From positions 248,001 through 312,000 of the forward strand of contig CBFFRQ010000069.1 of assembly GCA_965644315.1 (NCBI GenBank): a stretch of 64,000 bases of DNA. Direction: 5' to 3'. The position numbers and the translations under genes were made by a program. Within the stretch, counting starts at the first letter, position 1. Every line of letters begins with the position of its first letter. Source of the DNA: Caecitellus pseudoparvulus. Taxonomy: Eukaryota > Protista > Bigyra: Bicosoecida. A model generated the notes under the pieces. That model did not search any database. It was given only the letters and a program-made list of their open reading frames with translations, and was not told the origin of the DNA. Shown piece after piece: positions 21,640 through 32,428 of the stretch.

Positions 21640-24600
21640 ATGGCGGCTGACATCAAGGCCCTCATCTACCAGTATGCGCGGCAAGGCTTCTACCGAAACA
21701 TCCAGACGGTCTGTGGAGAAGTGATTCGCAAGCGCGGCTCCACGCCTGCGCTGCAGTACTGGCAGGCTTTTGGGCTCTTCAAAGAAGGTGAGGTGGCGCC
21801 CAGCAAGGTCGCTGCCCGTTACTGCTTCCCCTCACAGACGTGCCTTGCGGCCCCCCGCGCGCAGGCTCGCATGCAGATGCGATCCGGGCCTTGGAGGGCA
21901 TCAAATCCAAGCGGGCTGTCGCCTACGCAGCCGTCTGGACACTCAAGTTCTTCCACGAGCACAGCACGCTGCCCGACATGGACGCCGTGGCGGAGCTTGA
22001 GCTGGCGCTGGCAGATGCACGGGAGGCCGCCACGCCGGGCGCCCTGCACCTTGCTGCTATGGGCGCGCTCATGCTGGGTGAGGTCAGTACGGCACAGGAT
22101 GCCATCGAGGCAGCCCTCGCAGCGCAGTCCGGCAATGCCGAGTTCTTGTCGGCGCTGGGGTGGGTGCAGCTGACTGCAGCGGCGGCCGAGTCCCGCAGCT
22201 CTGACAGCCTGCAGAGCGCCGCAGAGACGTTCATGCAGGCGCTGTCCCTGGGGGAAGAAGGCAAGCAGGACATCACGAGCCTTCTGGGCATGGCCAAGGT
22301 GCAGGAGCTGGGCGGCAACTACGACGCCGCGTACGAGCAGCTGAACGAGGTCATCGTGACGTACCCCTGGTTCCGCCCCGCCCAGACCCTCAAGGCGCAG
22401 CTGCAGGCCAAGCAGGGCGAGTGGGAGCAGAGCATGGAAATCGTGCACAAGATCCTGCAGTGCGTGTGGCGTGCACAGCCTGCCTGCCGCCACAGGCGTC
22501 GCCCACCCGCCGTGCCGTCTGCCCCCCCCTTTCGCAGAGAGGATGCGTATGACATCGAGTGCTTGCGTCTGGATGTGCTGCATGAGTTGGCACAGCGCGC
22601 TCGGCCAGATGTTGCCGCGACCCGCCTGGAGGAGCTGGTGGAGTCCCTGGACAAGCACGAGCCACACAACCCGGAGCTGTACCTGGACATAGCTAGCTGC
22701 ACCGCCCGTGTGGCGGGCGGGTCCAGGGTGGTGCTGCAGCACACTGTGGCCTTGGCCGAACGCGCTCGGGCACTGGATGACGTCTCCGCAGCCGCAGCTG
22801 CGGAGACGGCATGGCAGTACGCCCGCTTGGGCGAGTTCACCAAAGCCTTCGAGCTGTACCGCATCGCGGGCAAGTTGGATGAGACCAGTGCCGACGCTAT
22901 CTCTGGCACCATCTACTGCCAGCTGCACACTGGCGCAGTGGAGGATGCAGGCGCCCAGCTGGAGCTGTTTCACATGGTGCAGGAGACCATCGGGCGGACA
23001 GCGGAGCTGGCCATCCTGGACGCCTTGCTTGCTTGGCGGTCCGCGAAAGACGTGGAGGGGCACCTGCGAGCTCTGGACGAGGCGAGGGCCTTGCACCGGG
23101 CAGCCGTGCTAGCCAGCAAGGACGCCGCAGACGCGACGGTGTTCTCCCTGCTCAAGGCCCTGAACCCTGAGTTTGTCCTGGAGATGACGCGGGAGTACCT
23201 GGTGCATGCCGAAGCTAACTCAGTCCTGGAGAGCGGCGTGGCAGGTGGCGGCACCAAGGCTGGCTCTGGTGCGACGCAGGCAGTGGCGGCGGCGGTGGGC
23301 CTGCTGCGCCAGGTGACCACCGCGGTGCCTGGGCTCATGGAGGCGCACACCCTCCTGGCCCGCACGTCCTATGCAGGGGGGGAGCTGGATGACGCTGCTC
23401 GCACCTTGGTCGCGGCCCTGGCCCTGGACCCCACCCACGCCCCAGCACACATGCTCATGGCATCAGTGTCCTTGGCCAAGGGCGACTCCCGAGCAGCTGC
23501 CGCCTCCCTGCGCGAGGCACTCTCCAATGACTTCTCCGTGCGCAAGACATCAGCGACGTACCACCTCATCGACGCGCGGGTGGCTGCGGCAGAGGGGCGC
23601 CCCAAGGAGGCCATCGCTGCCCTGCGCACAGCCCTGGACATGCCAGGTGTGCGGCAGTTGACGGCCCAGGGCGCGGCTGGCGCGGACTCCGGCACGGGGG
23701 CTGGGGAGGCGGCCGCCGCGGGAGGTGCCGGCATGGGCGGGGGGCGAGTGTCCTTGCACGACCGCGCCAACATCTTTGTGCAGCTGGCCACCTTGCTGGC
23801 GGCCGAGGGGCAAGCAGATGAGGCGACTGCCGTGGCTGCCGACGCGGCTGTGGAGTTTGCGGGCACTCCTGAGGAAGTCAAGATCGTCGTGGCACACGCG
23901 ACGCTGGCGCTGGAGGCGGGAGACATCTCCACGGCCATTACTCTGCTGGGCAATGTGCCTTACGACTCCCCCGCCTTTGCCTATGCCCAGCGCGTGAAGG
24001 CCAACATCTACCTGCGCCACCGCCGCAACAAGCTCAAGTACATCCAGGCGTTCAGGGACATGGTGGAGCACGACGGCAGCGACGCGAACTACCTCGCGCT
24101 GGGCCAGGCGTACATGCGCATTGGGTTGCCGGAGGAGGCCCTGGGCGCCTTCCAGGCCGCGCTCGACCGCGCCCCTGACGATGCAGGCCTGGCCTCCACA
24201 GTGGGCAAGGCCATGGTCACCATGCACGACTACCGCCGTGCCGTGGAGTACTACGAGCATGCCCTGGAAACCGCCAAGGAGAAGCGCTTCACCATGGAGG
24301 GCACAGGCGCAGGGCAGCTGGTGGTCACCCTGCGCTCTGACCTGACGACGCTGTTCATCAAGCTGGGCCAGTTCGAACGGGCTGGCGAGCTCATCGCAGA
24401 AGCCAACTCGGAAGCAGAGGCGGAGGGCGGCCGGGACGTCATCACCCTGCAGCACATCCGGGCCAACCTGCGCCTGTTGGCACGCATGCACACAGACCGG
24501 GGCGACCTCTCCGCTGCCATCAAGGTGCTCACCTCCACCCTGGAGACGCAGAGCAAGATAATCTCACAGCTGCGGCAGGAGGCCCCCGAGCTGCTCGCCG

Positions 24601-25934
24601 CCCAGCGGGACGAGGCGGCCGAAATCTGCCACCAGCTGGCCGAAGCGTACGAGGCAGTGGTGCCTCCCGACGACGACAAGGCTAAGGAGTACTACGCCGA
24701 GGCGTTGAATGCCCGGCCCAACTATGAGCGCAGCATGCTGGCCCTCGCACGCCTGCACCTGCGCCGGGGCGAGCTGGACGAATCCCAGCGCATCGCGGAG
24801 GAGACGCGGCGTGTGTCGCCAGGTAATCAGGAGGCCATCGTCATGCTGGCAGACCTGCTCTTCTCCAAAGAGGAGGCAGACGCGGCCATGTTCCACTTCT
24901 CCGAGCTGCTGGAGGCGCACCCGCGCCAGTACGAGGCCTTGGCCAAGCTCATCACCCTGCTCAAGCGCTCTGGTCGCCTGGAGGAGGCGCCGCGGTTCCT
25001 GAAGCAGGCTGTGCGCTCATCTGCAGCGGCTGAGCACGACCCAGGGTACAAGTACTGCCAGGGGCTGTACTGCAAGTTCAACAATGAGCCGCACAGCGCC
25101 ATCCAGTACTTGAATGCCATCCGCCACACCGGCGAGTATGGCGTGCGGGCCACGGAAGCCATGGTGGAGATTTACATCTCACCCGACGGAGATGACCTGT
25201 GGCACATAACCCTGCCTGCTCCAGGCTCTGCAGGCGCCGGGTCAGCCGCTGCCTCCAAACCCAGCGGAGCACCCTCCCACGCTGAGACTTCGGCAGTGGC
25301 AGAGCGCCTGCTGGCAGGCATTCCCCCCAAGCAGCGTTCCCTGAAGCACGAGGTGCTGGGGGCGTACGTGCGCATCGCCCGCCGGACGCCAGAAGCGCTG
25401 GATGAAGCGGTGTCTCTGCTCACAGGCATCCTGGACAAGGACCCGAACTATGCCCCAGCGCTGCTTGCCATGGCCACGGCGCTGATGATCAATGGGGAGA
25501 CGCCCAAGGCAAGGAACCAACTGAAGCGCATCGTGAAGCTGCCGTATAACTCTGACCAGTGGGCGGAGTTCGTCAAGGCCTGGCTCATGCTGGCAGACAT
25601 CTACATCGCCAGTTCCAAGTTCGACCACGCCAACGCCTGGTGCCGCCGTGCCTTGAAGTACGATGCCTCCTGTGCCCGCGCCTGGGAGTACCTGGGCATG
25701 ATTGCTGAGCGGGAGTCGGCGTACAGGGATGCTGCCGACATGTACAAGCAGGCATGGAAGCATGACAACGAGGCGTCTGCCCCTGTCGGCTACAAGTTGG
25801 CGTTCAACTACCTCAAGGCCGACAACTTCGTGCGGGCCATCGACGTCTGCCACAAGGTGCTGGAGATCTTCCCAGACTACGACGCCATTCGCACAGAGGT
25901 GCTGCACAAGGCCCGAGCCTTGCTGCGCCCGTGA
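21640..25934 (+). CDS. TTC21B: Intraflagellar transport complex A subunit IFT139 (TTC21B)
   Basis: N-terminus ALIYQYARQGFY, many TPRs, KARNQLKRI, and C-terminus GYKLAFNYLKADNFVRAIDVCHKVLEIFPDY...KARALLRP. Introns near 21788-21864 and 22460-22537. Confidence 0.93.
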
Positions 25935-26067
25935 TGGTCAAGCACGCCGCTGGGGGGGCACGTGTTGGCCTCAGCAACGCGTCAAGTTGCTACTCAATTC
26001 ACATGCAACGCCACCCCAAGGCACTTCGAAGATGGACAGTTGGCTCATGATCAGTCTGTGCTGAACC

Positions 26068-27704
26068 ATGTGGGCACGCCAAGTTCGTGTGGCGGCGCGG
26101 CTCGCCGCTGCAGCTGCTGGGGCTGGAGCTGCCTGGAGCATCACCCGCACACCAGCAGGCTGTGCGGAGGGTGCCACGACGCTACCCAGCAGCATTGCCG
26201 AGCGCGTGGCGCCGGTGGAGGTGGAGTACCCGCTGGACAAGGTGTCCTTCCTGCCAGCCCGCAGCCCCGGCATGCGTGGGCGCATGGAGGACTTCATCCT
26301 GGGCCTTCAGGACGAAATCTGCTCGGTGAGGAGCTCTGATGGCGTGCTGCTGCTCTGCGTGCCAAGACACACGTCAGCCCCCCCACCCTGCACTTGAGGC
26401 AGGCAATTGAAGCTGAGGACGGGGGAAAGTTCCAGGAGGATCAATGGGAGCGTTCGGGGCATGGTGGAGGAGGGCGCAGCCGAGTGCTGCAGGTGAGAGG
26501 CGCCTGGCGTGGTGCGGAATCTGCACCTCGATCACGAGAGCATCACGGAAACACTGCTGCGCCTCCCCACGCTATTGACAGGACTCCAAGCACTTTGAGA
26601 AGGCAGGAGTGAACGTGTCAGTTGTTCATGGCAAGCTTCCAAAGGCTGCTGTGCAGCAGATGAAAACGCGAGGTGCGTCGGCAAGCTCGCCAAGCGACAG
26701 CGGCATCTGGTGCTGGCAGCACTCGCACCACTGCGGCTGCGGCAGGGAGGGAGATTTTCGGAGACAACCCACCCTTCTATGCATGTGGAATTTCATTGGT
26801 GATGCACCCTCGTAACCCACATGTACGTCCCTGCGCATGGCTTTGACAGGCTGCAGCCGGCCGTCACAGCTCACCGCGCGGCCCCGCAGGCGCCCACCGT
26901 GCACGCGAACTTCCGGTACTTCGAGGTAACCTCCGTGAACCCCGAGAGTGGCGAGGAGCACACAGAGTGGTGGTTCGGGGGAGGCGCAGACCTCACGCCG
27001 AACTACTTGTACGAAGAAGACGCTCTGCACTTTCACAGCGTGCTGGCAGACGCCTGCAACTCTGCCGACGAGTCCCTGTACCCCCGCTTCAAGAAGTGGT
27101 GCGACAAGTACTTCTTCATCAAGCACCGGGGCGAGGCGCGGGGCATCGGCGGCGTGTTCTTCGACGACATGGACGCCAGTGAAGGCAGCCAGGAGGACAT
27201 GTTTGCCTTCGTGCACTCTGTAGGCGTGCGTTGCTGCGGCGCCCTGCCCACCCACACCCTGTCAAACGCACGGCCCTCATCCTGCTGCCGCCCCGCCTCC
27301 ACAGAAGTCCTTCGTGCCTGCCTTTGTTCCCATCCTTGCCGCACGCAAGAACACGCCCTTCACCCCGGAGGAGGTCGCGTGGAAGCGCCTGCGCGGAGGG
27401 CGGTACACGGAGTTCAACTTGGTGTACGACCGCGGAACAAAGTTTGGACTGCACACACCGGGGGCCCGCATTGAAAGCATCCTCATGTCCTTGCCGCTGC
27501 ACGCGGATTGGAAGTACTGCCACGAGGTACGCCCCCCCCCGCTTGTGACGCTGCGGGCCGCTCCTGCCATCACTTCCACACGTTGCTTCTGCGCCGTTTC
27601 CGCAGCCTGAGGCTAGCTCCCGCGAGGGGCGCCTGATGGAGGTGCTGCGCAATCCCCGTGACTGGCTGGGCACCAGCAGCTCCAGCGACGCCGAGGGCCG
27701 TTAG
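26068..27704 (+). CDS. CPOX: Oxygen-dependent coproporphyrinogen III oxidase (multi-intron)
   Basis: [82 protein letters not shown] and [10 protein letters not shown]. Confidence 0.95.
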
Positions 27705-27708
27705 TTGC

Positions 27709-27718
27709 CAATGCATTG
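27709..27718. promoter_or_regulatory. Palindrome CAATGCATTG, candidate bidirectional 3'-end signal (CPOX / ePHD gene)
   Basis: Perfect palindrome in the 40-bp gap between convergent stops; recurs at 43227 and 53001. Confidence 0.55.
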
Positions 27719-27744
27719 CGATAGTTGCTCTGGGCAGGGGGGGC

Positions 27745-30700
27745 TCAGCGCACCGACTTCAAGGCGGCAGCCACAATGGACGCCCACTGCATGCCGGCAT
27801 CGCTCACGACGCCCATGGACTGCACACAGGCTGCCTGCACGGCTGCACTTCGCCGAGTGCTGCAGCCCAGCAAGGCTTGCACGACATCGCGCAGAGGGCA
27901 GACGCCCCACGCTGCCATGCACTTGGCCCGGTGGGAAGGGGAGGGCAGCGCCCGCACAGCAGCTGCCACGGCCAAAGCAAAACGGGGGGATAAGGGAGCC
28001 ACCTGCCCCACTGCCGCCAGCCAGTGCCCTGCCACCTGCATGCTGCGTTGGCTGAGTGCCGTGACGCGGTCGAGCAGCCGAGAGCTGTGGCCTGCAGGGG
28101 ACACCCAGCGGGGCTCCCCGTGTTCGCGGAACACTGCCATGCAGGCGTCCACGAGCAGACACGCTGCTGCCTGCTGCTGGAGCACGTCGTAATCGGCTTG
28201 TTTTGACGTCGACAAGGCGGCGCGGGGGGAGGTCTGGTCCTCCCTGGTCGAGACGACCTTCCACAGGGGAGCATCTGCGCTGCGCAGCAAGGTAGCCATG
28301 CGGCTGGCTGCAGCCCAGGGAGGAGTCAGGGCCCCAGTCGTGCAGCCGCGAAATGCTTCGCCCCCCACTGCCGCCGCAGCAGCCACCATGTCGGACACCT
28401 GTTGGTTGTACGTCTGCACCGCCTCTGGGGCGTGCACGTGTGCCTGGTGCAAGCGGGCGGCGGTGTCCCGCAGCACCTGCCCGGCCCCCCACGCAGCGAA
28501 GGACAGCCGGCCTGCCAGGACATCCAACTTGTGGGCCGTGGCGTTCCCGACGCCAAGGTGCGCTGCAAAGCCAGAGGTGACGTCTGCCTCCTCGCAGCGC
28601 CAGGGGCGGGCATGGTGCCGCACCTGCACTCGGGGGGCACAGCCTGGGAGCGGGGGGGCCTGTTCCGGCAGCAGGGCAACCTCAGGGCATTGCAGGTGGG
28701 GCTGGAATGGCAGGGCGATGTCCATGATCATGCCCACCACTGGGGCAGCCGACTTCAGAGCCGTCGTGCCTGCCACGGCATGAGGCGGGAACATGCTGGA
28801 TACCGTGTGCACCAGTTGGGAGGCAGCGGACGTGAGGGTGGGGTGAGGCGCAGCCCGCAACACGCGGAAGACCGACTTCATCACCCCCCGCCCAGGCAGC
28901 ACTCCGTGCCGCTGCACGTCAAGGTGAAGCTGCCGCAGGCTTGCTGCGCACCCCCGCGCCGCGTGGCTGACAAAGCGCAGCGCACTGCCAATGCTCATCC
29001 ACGCCGGCGTCGCGCCTGTCGCGGCACTGACTGTTGGCAGCAGCTGGAACGCCTGCGCCGCTTCTGACAGCTGTGTCTTGGTTGAGCTCAGCCTGCGCTT
29101 GGTGCCTCGTTTGCGGCGTGGTGCTGAAGCTGCCTCAGGAGCGGCAGTGGCTGGAGTTGCGCTCAGCATCGCCAGGAGGGCGGCGTCAGAGGCGGGTGGG
29201 ATGGCTGCCTCGTCACCCCTGCCGCCGGCCTCGCACAGCAAGTGACCCGTCGCCACTCCGTGGAGCAGGGGCGTGCCCCGCAGGGCCGCCTGCATCAACT
29301 GCGTGGGACAAGGCTCCACCACGCCCAGGAAATCGTCCGAGGTGCTGGACCCCGAGCTGACGTCCAGCGGGGATGCATCCTGCCCCTCCACGTCTGGCAC
29401 GAGGTCGCGCAAGCTGCTGTGCGAGACGACATCCAGAGGACACCAGGCAGCCCACGCCTCCGACGTTCCCAGATCACTGGCCGCAGTGGCAGCTCCTTCC
29501 TGCCACGTGGAGCCCTCTTCCAGCCGGTGCCGTGGGGGACTGCTGCTGTTTGCAGGCAGCGCAGCACTCTCTTGCGACGCCGCTGCACTTGTGGCAGGGG
29601 AATCGGCACAGGCACCTGCTGCACTCTGCAGCTGGGCTGATGCGGCAGCCAAGCCAGCGGCTTGGTTCAGACGCAGCTGTTGAGCGACACGCCGCTTTGC
29701 TGGGGGTGGCGTGGAGGGCGCGTCCTGCTCATGCTGGCCGGCGGCAGCGTCCCCACTCGTGCAGGAGCCAAGGGGGCCCAGTGCCCGGACCCGGCATTCG
29801 GCGATAAAGCGAGCCCAGCGGTTCTGCACAGGCCGCGTCGCCGCCAAAGACTGCGGCGGGTGTGCTGCGCCTGCCCCCACCGCTGCAATGGCTGCTTCCC
29901 GTGCCCGAGCAAAGGCAGCGGCTTGCTGCAAGTCCTCAGCTGCAGGGAGCCCCCTCGCCACAGCAACGCTTGCCAGGGAGGTGGTGCTGACGGAAGTAAA
30001 GGCGGCCAGGGACGTGTACGCGAGCAGGGTGCGGAAGCGGGCGCCTGACGCGTCGTGGACGGCAGAGGGGGGCGGGCACCGTGCCCAGCGCTTCTCCATG
30101 CTGTGCACCAGCTGCAGCAGAGATGCCGACAGCGGCGACGCGACGGCTACAGGGTCTGCTGGCGCGACTCGGCGTGGCAAAGGGGGCACAGTGCTGCCCA
30201 ATGGCTCCTTCGCATCATCGCGCCCTTCCTGCATGTCGTCGCTGCCGACACAGCTACTCTCCACACTCGTGTCCAGAGCCACGCAGTCTGCTGCATCATC
30301 CGAGGCAGCTGGGCGTGGCGCCAGCCCCCGCCATGCCCGAAGTGTGGCTGGCTGCCGGTGGCTTGAAAGGGCTTGCAAGGTCGCCACCGGTACCTGGGGA
30401 GCCGCCGGTGAGGGTGTGCTGGAAATGACCACCGGTGAACTTGACCCGGCCGGCGTGCTGAGGGCAGGCGAGGGAGGGGTGCCTGGACTGGTCACTGTGC
30501 TGCACGTGACAGCAGAGTTCTGCACCCCAGCATGTCCCGGCGAGGATGCCACGGGAGAGGGCGGTGCCTGGGGAGGGGGTGTGCTGGGCAGCTGAGCAGC
30601 AGCCGCTTCTGCAGCCGCCACTGCCGCGACAGCCTGGCGATCGGTAGAGGCCACATACGCTGCCCTCAACGACAGCAGGACCTGCGTACAGACCTTCTGG

Positions 30701-32007
30701 ATGGTGTCACACATGCTGGACGGCAGGGCAGCCCGCGGCTGCCTGAGGAAGTCTGGATGGCCAGAGGGTGGCGCCTCCAGCGCCGGCGGCAGCAGCAGAG
30801 CAGCCCTGTGCTCGGGCGCGTCCTCCTTGGGCAACTCCTGCCCCAGGGACCGCTGCAGTGTCACCAGGTGCATGCGTTCCATGGATGCCAGGCCGCTCCC
30901 AGCGTGCAGGATGTCGCCCATGCCGCACCTCCACTCGTCCAGCCGGGGCCGCACTGCACGCAGGACTGCCGACACCCGCTGGGGTGCGAGGGGCGCAAGC
31001 ACCTCACGCAGGGCTGCCAAGCTGCTCTGCACACTGCAGTCTTCGAGGAGGTCCCCAGCCGCCTCCATCCACTGCGTAATGGCACTTTCGTTGGCCCGCT
31101 GGCGCTCAGCCTCGGCACGCTTGCGCCGGCGAATGAGTGCGCGTGCCTGCAGGTCCTTGATAGACTTGCTGGCTGTGTTGTGCTCCGCAGCACGGAGAGC
31201 TTGGCGGCGCCGGGCGTCAGCTGCTGCCGCAGCGTCGGTACCTGGCAATGGAGCCGTGGGAGCCTTGGCGGCTTCCACCGCACATGGCACATGGAACACA
31301 CGTCCCTGCGTGTCCTTGCCCACCGGCACGCCACTGGCATCCACACAGGCCCCTGCACCGTGGCAGTGCGCGCAAGACATGGAGCGGGCAGCCTTCACAG
31401 CAGTGAGCATGCCACTGACTTGCCCCTCAGGACCCCGCGTGCAGCCCAGCTTGGTCAGGGAATCCAGGCAGTGCTTGTGCAAGTGCGCAGAGCGAAGCTG
31501 GCCCGTGCTCTGCACCTTCCCCAGGGCGTGGCGCTCCAAAGGCCCCGCCGCGTTGAGAGCAGAGGTGGACGCGGGGGCGGCTTTGCCGCGGTTGATGCCA
31601 CTGTGGCGCCCGTTCGCTAGGAAGCCGCACAGAATGCACGGCGGGCTGCTGGGCCGCTGGTGCTGCTGAGTCCGGGAGGGAGAGAGTCTGCGCGGGCGTT
31701 GCATGGAGGACCGCGCAGCAGCCAGTGCTTGCTCGGAAGACAAGTACCTCGAACGCCCAGGGCGTCGTTTCAGAGTCAGGCCAGGGCCAGAGGGTGCGCT
31801 GCCGTCCCTGAGGAAGCCACCACCAATCGTGTTCACGGCGCGCTCCTGAAAGGCAGCGTGGGCTGAAGTGGCTGCTTGACCGGGGGATGAGCTCGTGGAG
31901 GGCACTACCTGCGGCTCTGAGCTGCTCTGTGTGCCAGCGTGGGACGCCTGGGAGCTGCTGGAGGACAGGTTCAGTGCCGCAGCAGATGAGGCTGACGAGC
32001 CAGACAT
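27745..32007 (-). CDS. Large hypothetical protein with degenerate extended-PHD zinc finger
   Basis: Long ORF with CILCG...HKHC...CAHCHGAGA...FHVPCA (ePHD-like), low-complexity middle, NLS-like PRRKRGTKRR and a helical C-terminal region. Confidence 0.7.
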   Translation of the reverse strand: MSGSSASSAAALNLSSSSSQASHAGTQSSSEPQVVPSTSSSPGQAATSAHAAFQERAVNTIGGGFLRDGSAPSGPGLTLKRRPGRSRYLSSEQALAAARSSMQRPRRLSPSRTQQHQRPSSPPCILCGFLANGRHSGINRGKAAPASTSALNAAGPLERHALGKVQSTGQLRSAHLHKHCLDSLTKLGCTRGPEGQVSGMLTAVKAARSMSCAHCHGAGACVDASGVPVGKDTQGRVFHVPCAVEAAKAPTAPLPGTDAAAAADARRRQALRAAEHNTASKSIKDLQARALIRRRKRAEAERQRANESAITQWMEAAGDLLEDCSVQSSLAALREVLAPLAPQRVSAVLRAVRPRLDEWRCGMGDILHAGSGLASMERMHLVTLQRSLGQELPKEDAPEHRAALLLPPALEAPPSGHPDFLRQPRAALPSSMCDTIQKVCTQVLLSLRAAYVASTDRQAVAAVAAAEAAAAQLPSTPPPQAPPSPVASSPGHAGVQNSAVTCSTVTSPGTPPSPALSTPAGSSSPVVISSTPSPAAPQVPVATLQALSSHRQPATLRAWRGLAPRPAASDDAADCVALDTSVESSCVGSDDMQEGRDDAKEPLGSTVPPLPRRVAPADPVAVASPLSASLLQLVHSMEKRWARCPPPSAVHDASGARFRTLLAYTSLAAFTSVSTTSLASVAVARGLPAAEDLQQAAAFARAREAAIAAVGAGAAHPPQSLAATRPVQNRWARFIAECRVRALGPLGSCTSGDAAAGQHEQDAPSTPPPAKRRVAQQLRLNQAAGLAAASAQLQSAAGACADSPATSAAASQESAALPANSSSPPRHRLEEGSTWQEGAATAASDLGTSEAWAAWCPLDVVSHSSLRDLVPDVEGQDASPLDVSSGSSTSDDFLGVVEPCPTQLMQAALRGTPLLHGVATGHLLCEAGGRGDEAAIPPASDAALLAMLSATPATAAPEAASAPRRKRGTKRRLSSTKTQLSEAAQAFQLLPTVSAATGATPAWMSIGSALRFVSHAARGCAASLRQLHLDVQRHGVLPGRGVMKSVFRVLRAAPHPTLTSAASQLVHTVSSMFPPHAVAGTTALKSAAPVVGMIMDIALPFQPHLQCPEVALLPEQAPPLPGCAPRVQVRHHARPWRCEEADVTSGFAAHLGVGNATAHKLDVLAGRLSFAAWGAGQVLRDTAARLHQAHVHAPEAVQTYNQQVSDMVAAAAAVGGEAFRGCTTGALTPPWAAASRMATLLRSADAPLWKVVSTREDQTSPRAALSTSKQADYDVLQQQAAACLLVDACMAVFREHGEPRWVSPAGHSSRLLDRVTALSQRSMQVAGHWLAAVGQVAPLSPRFALAVAAAVRALPSPSHRAKCMAAWGVCPLRDVVQALLGCSTRRSAAVQAACVQSMGVVSDAGMQWASIVAAALKSVR

Positions 32008-32428
32008 GACGTTTGCAGGTGGTGGAGCAGGGAGAGGCACGCCAACGGAAAACCTTGTGGGCCTAGTGAAATCCTATGCACGTTTGGTGCGCTTCAGATC
32101 CCCGAGCAGCGCGGCAAGTACTTCCGTGTCAGTGCTCGCACGGTTTGGAAGTGGCGCTGTGTGCGTGCGGGATTTGAACTCCGGCTCAGGCCTACCGGGC
32201 ACGCTGGCGGCACGGTGAGGGCCGAAAGTGCCGATGTTTAGGAGGTAAAATAAATACTAGAGTTCAGTGTGTGTGTTTTGGGGTGTTTGTTGAATTGGTA
32301 AGATCCTACGTGCGCTGCCCGGACTAACCTTGCTGCACGCCCGTTGGCGCCCTTGCTGGGGGAATGCTTGGGGCGCTGCAGGCGTGGAAGCGTTGCACAG
32401 TGCATTGCAGAGAAGGCTAGGAGGGCGT

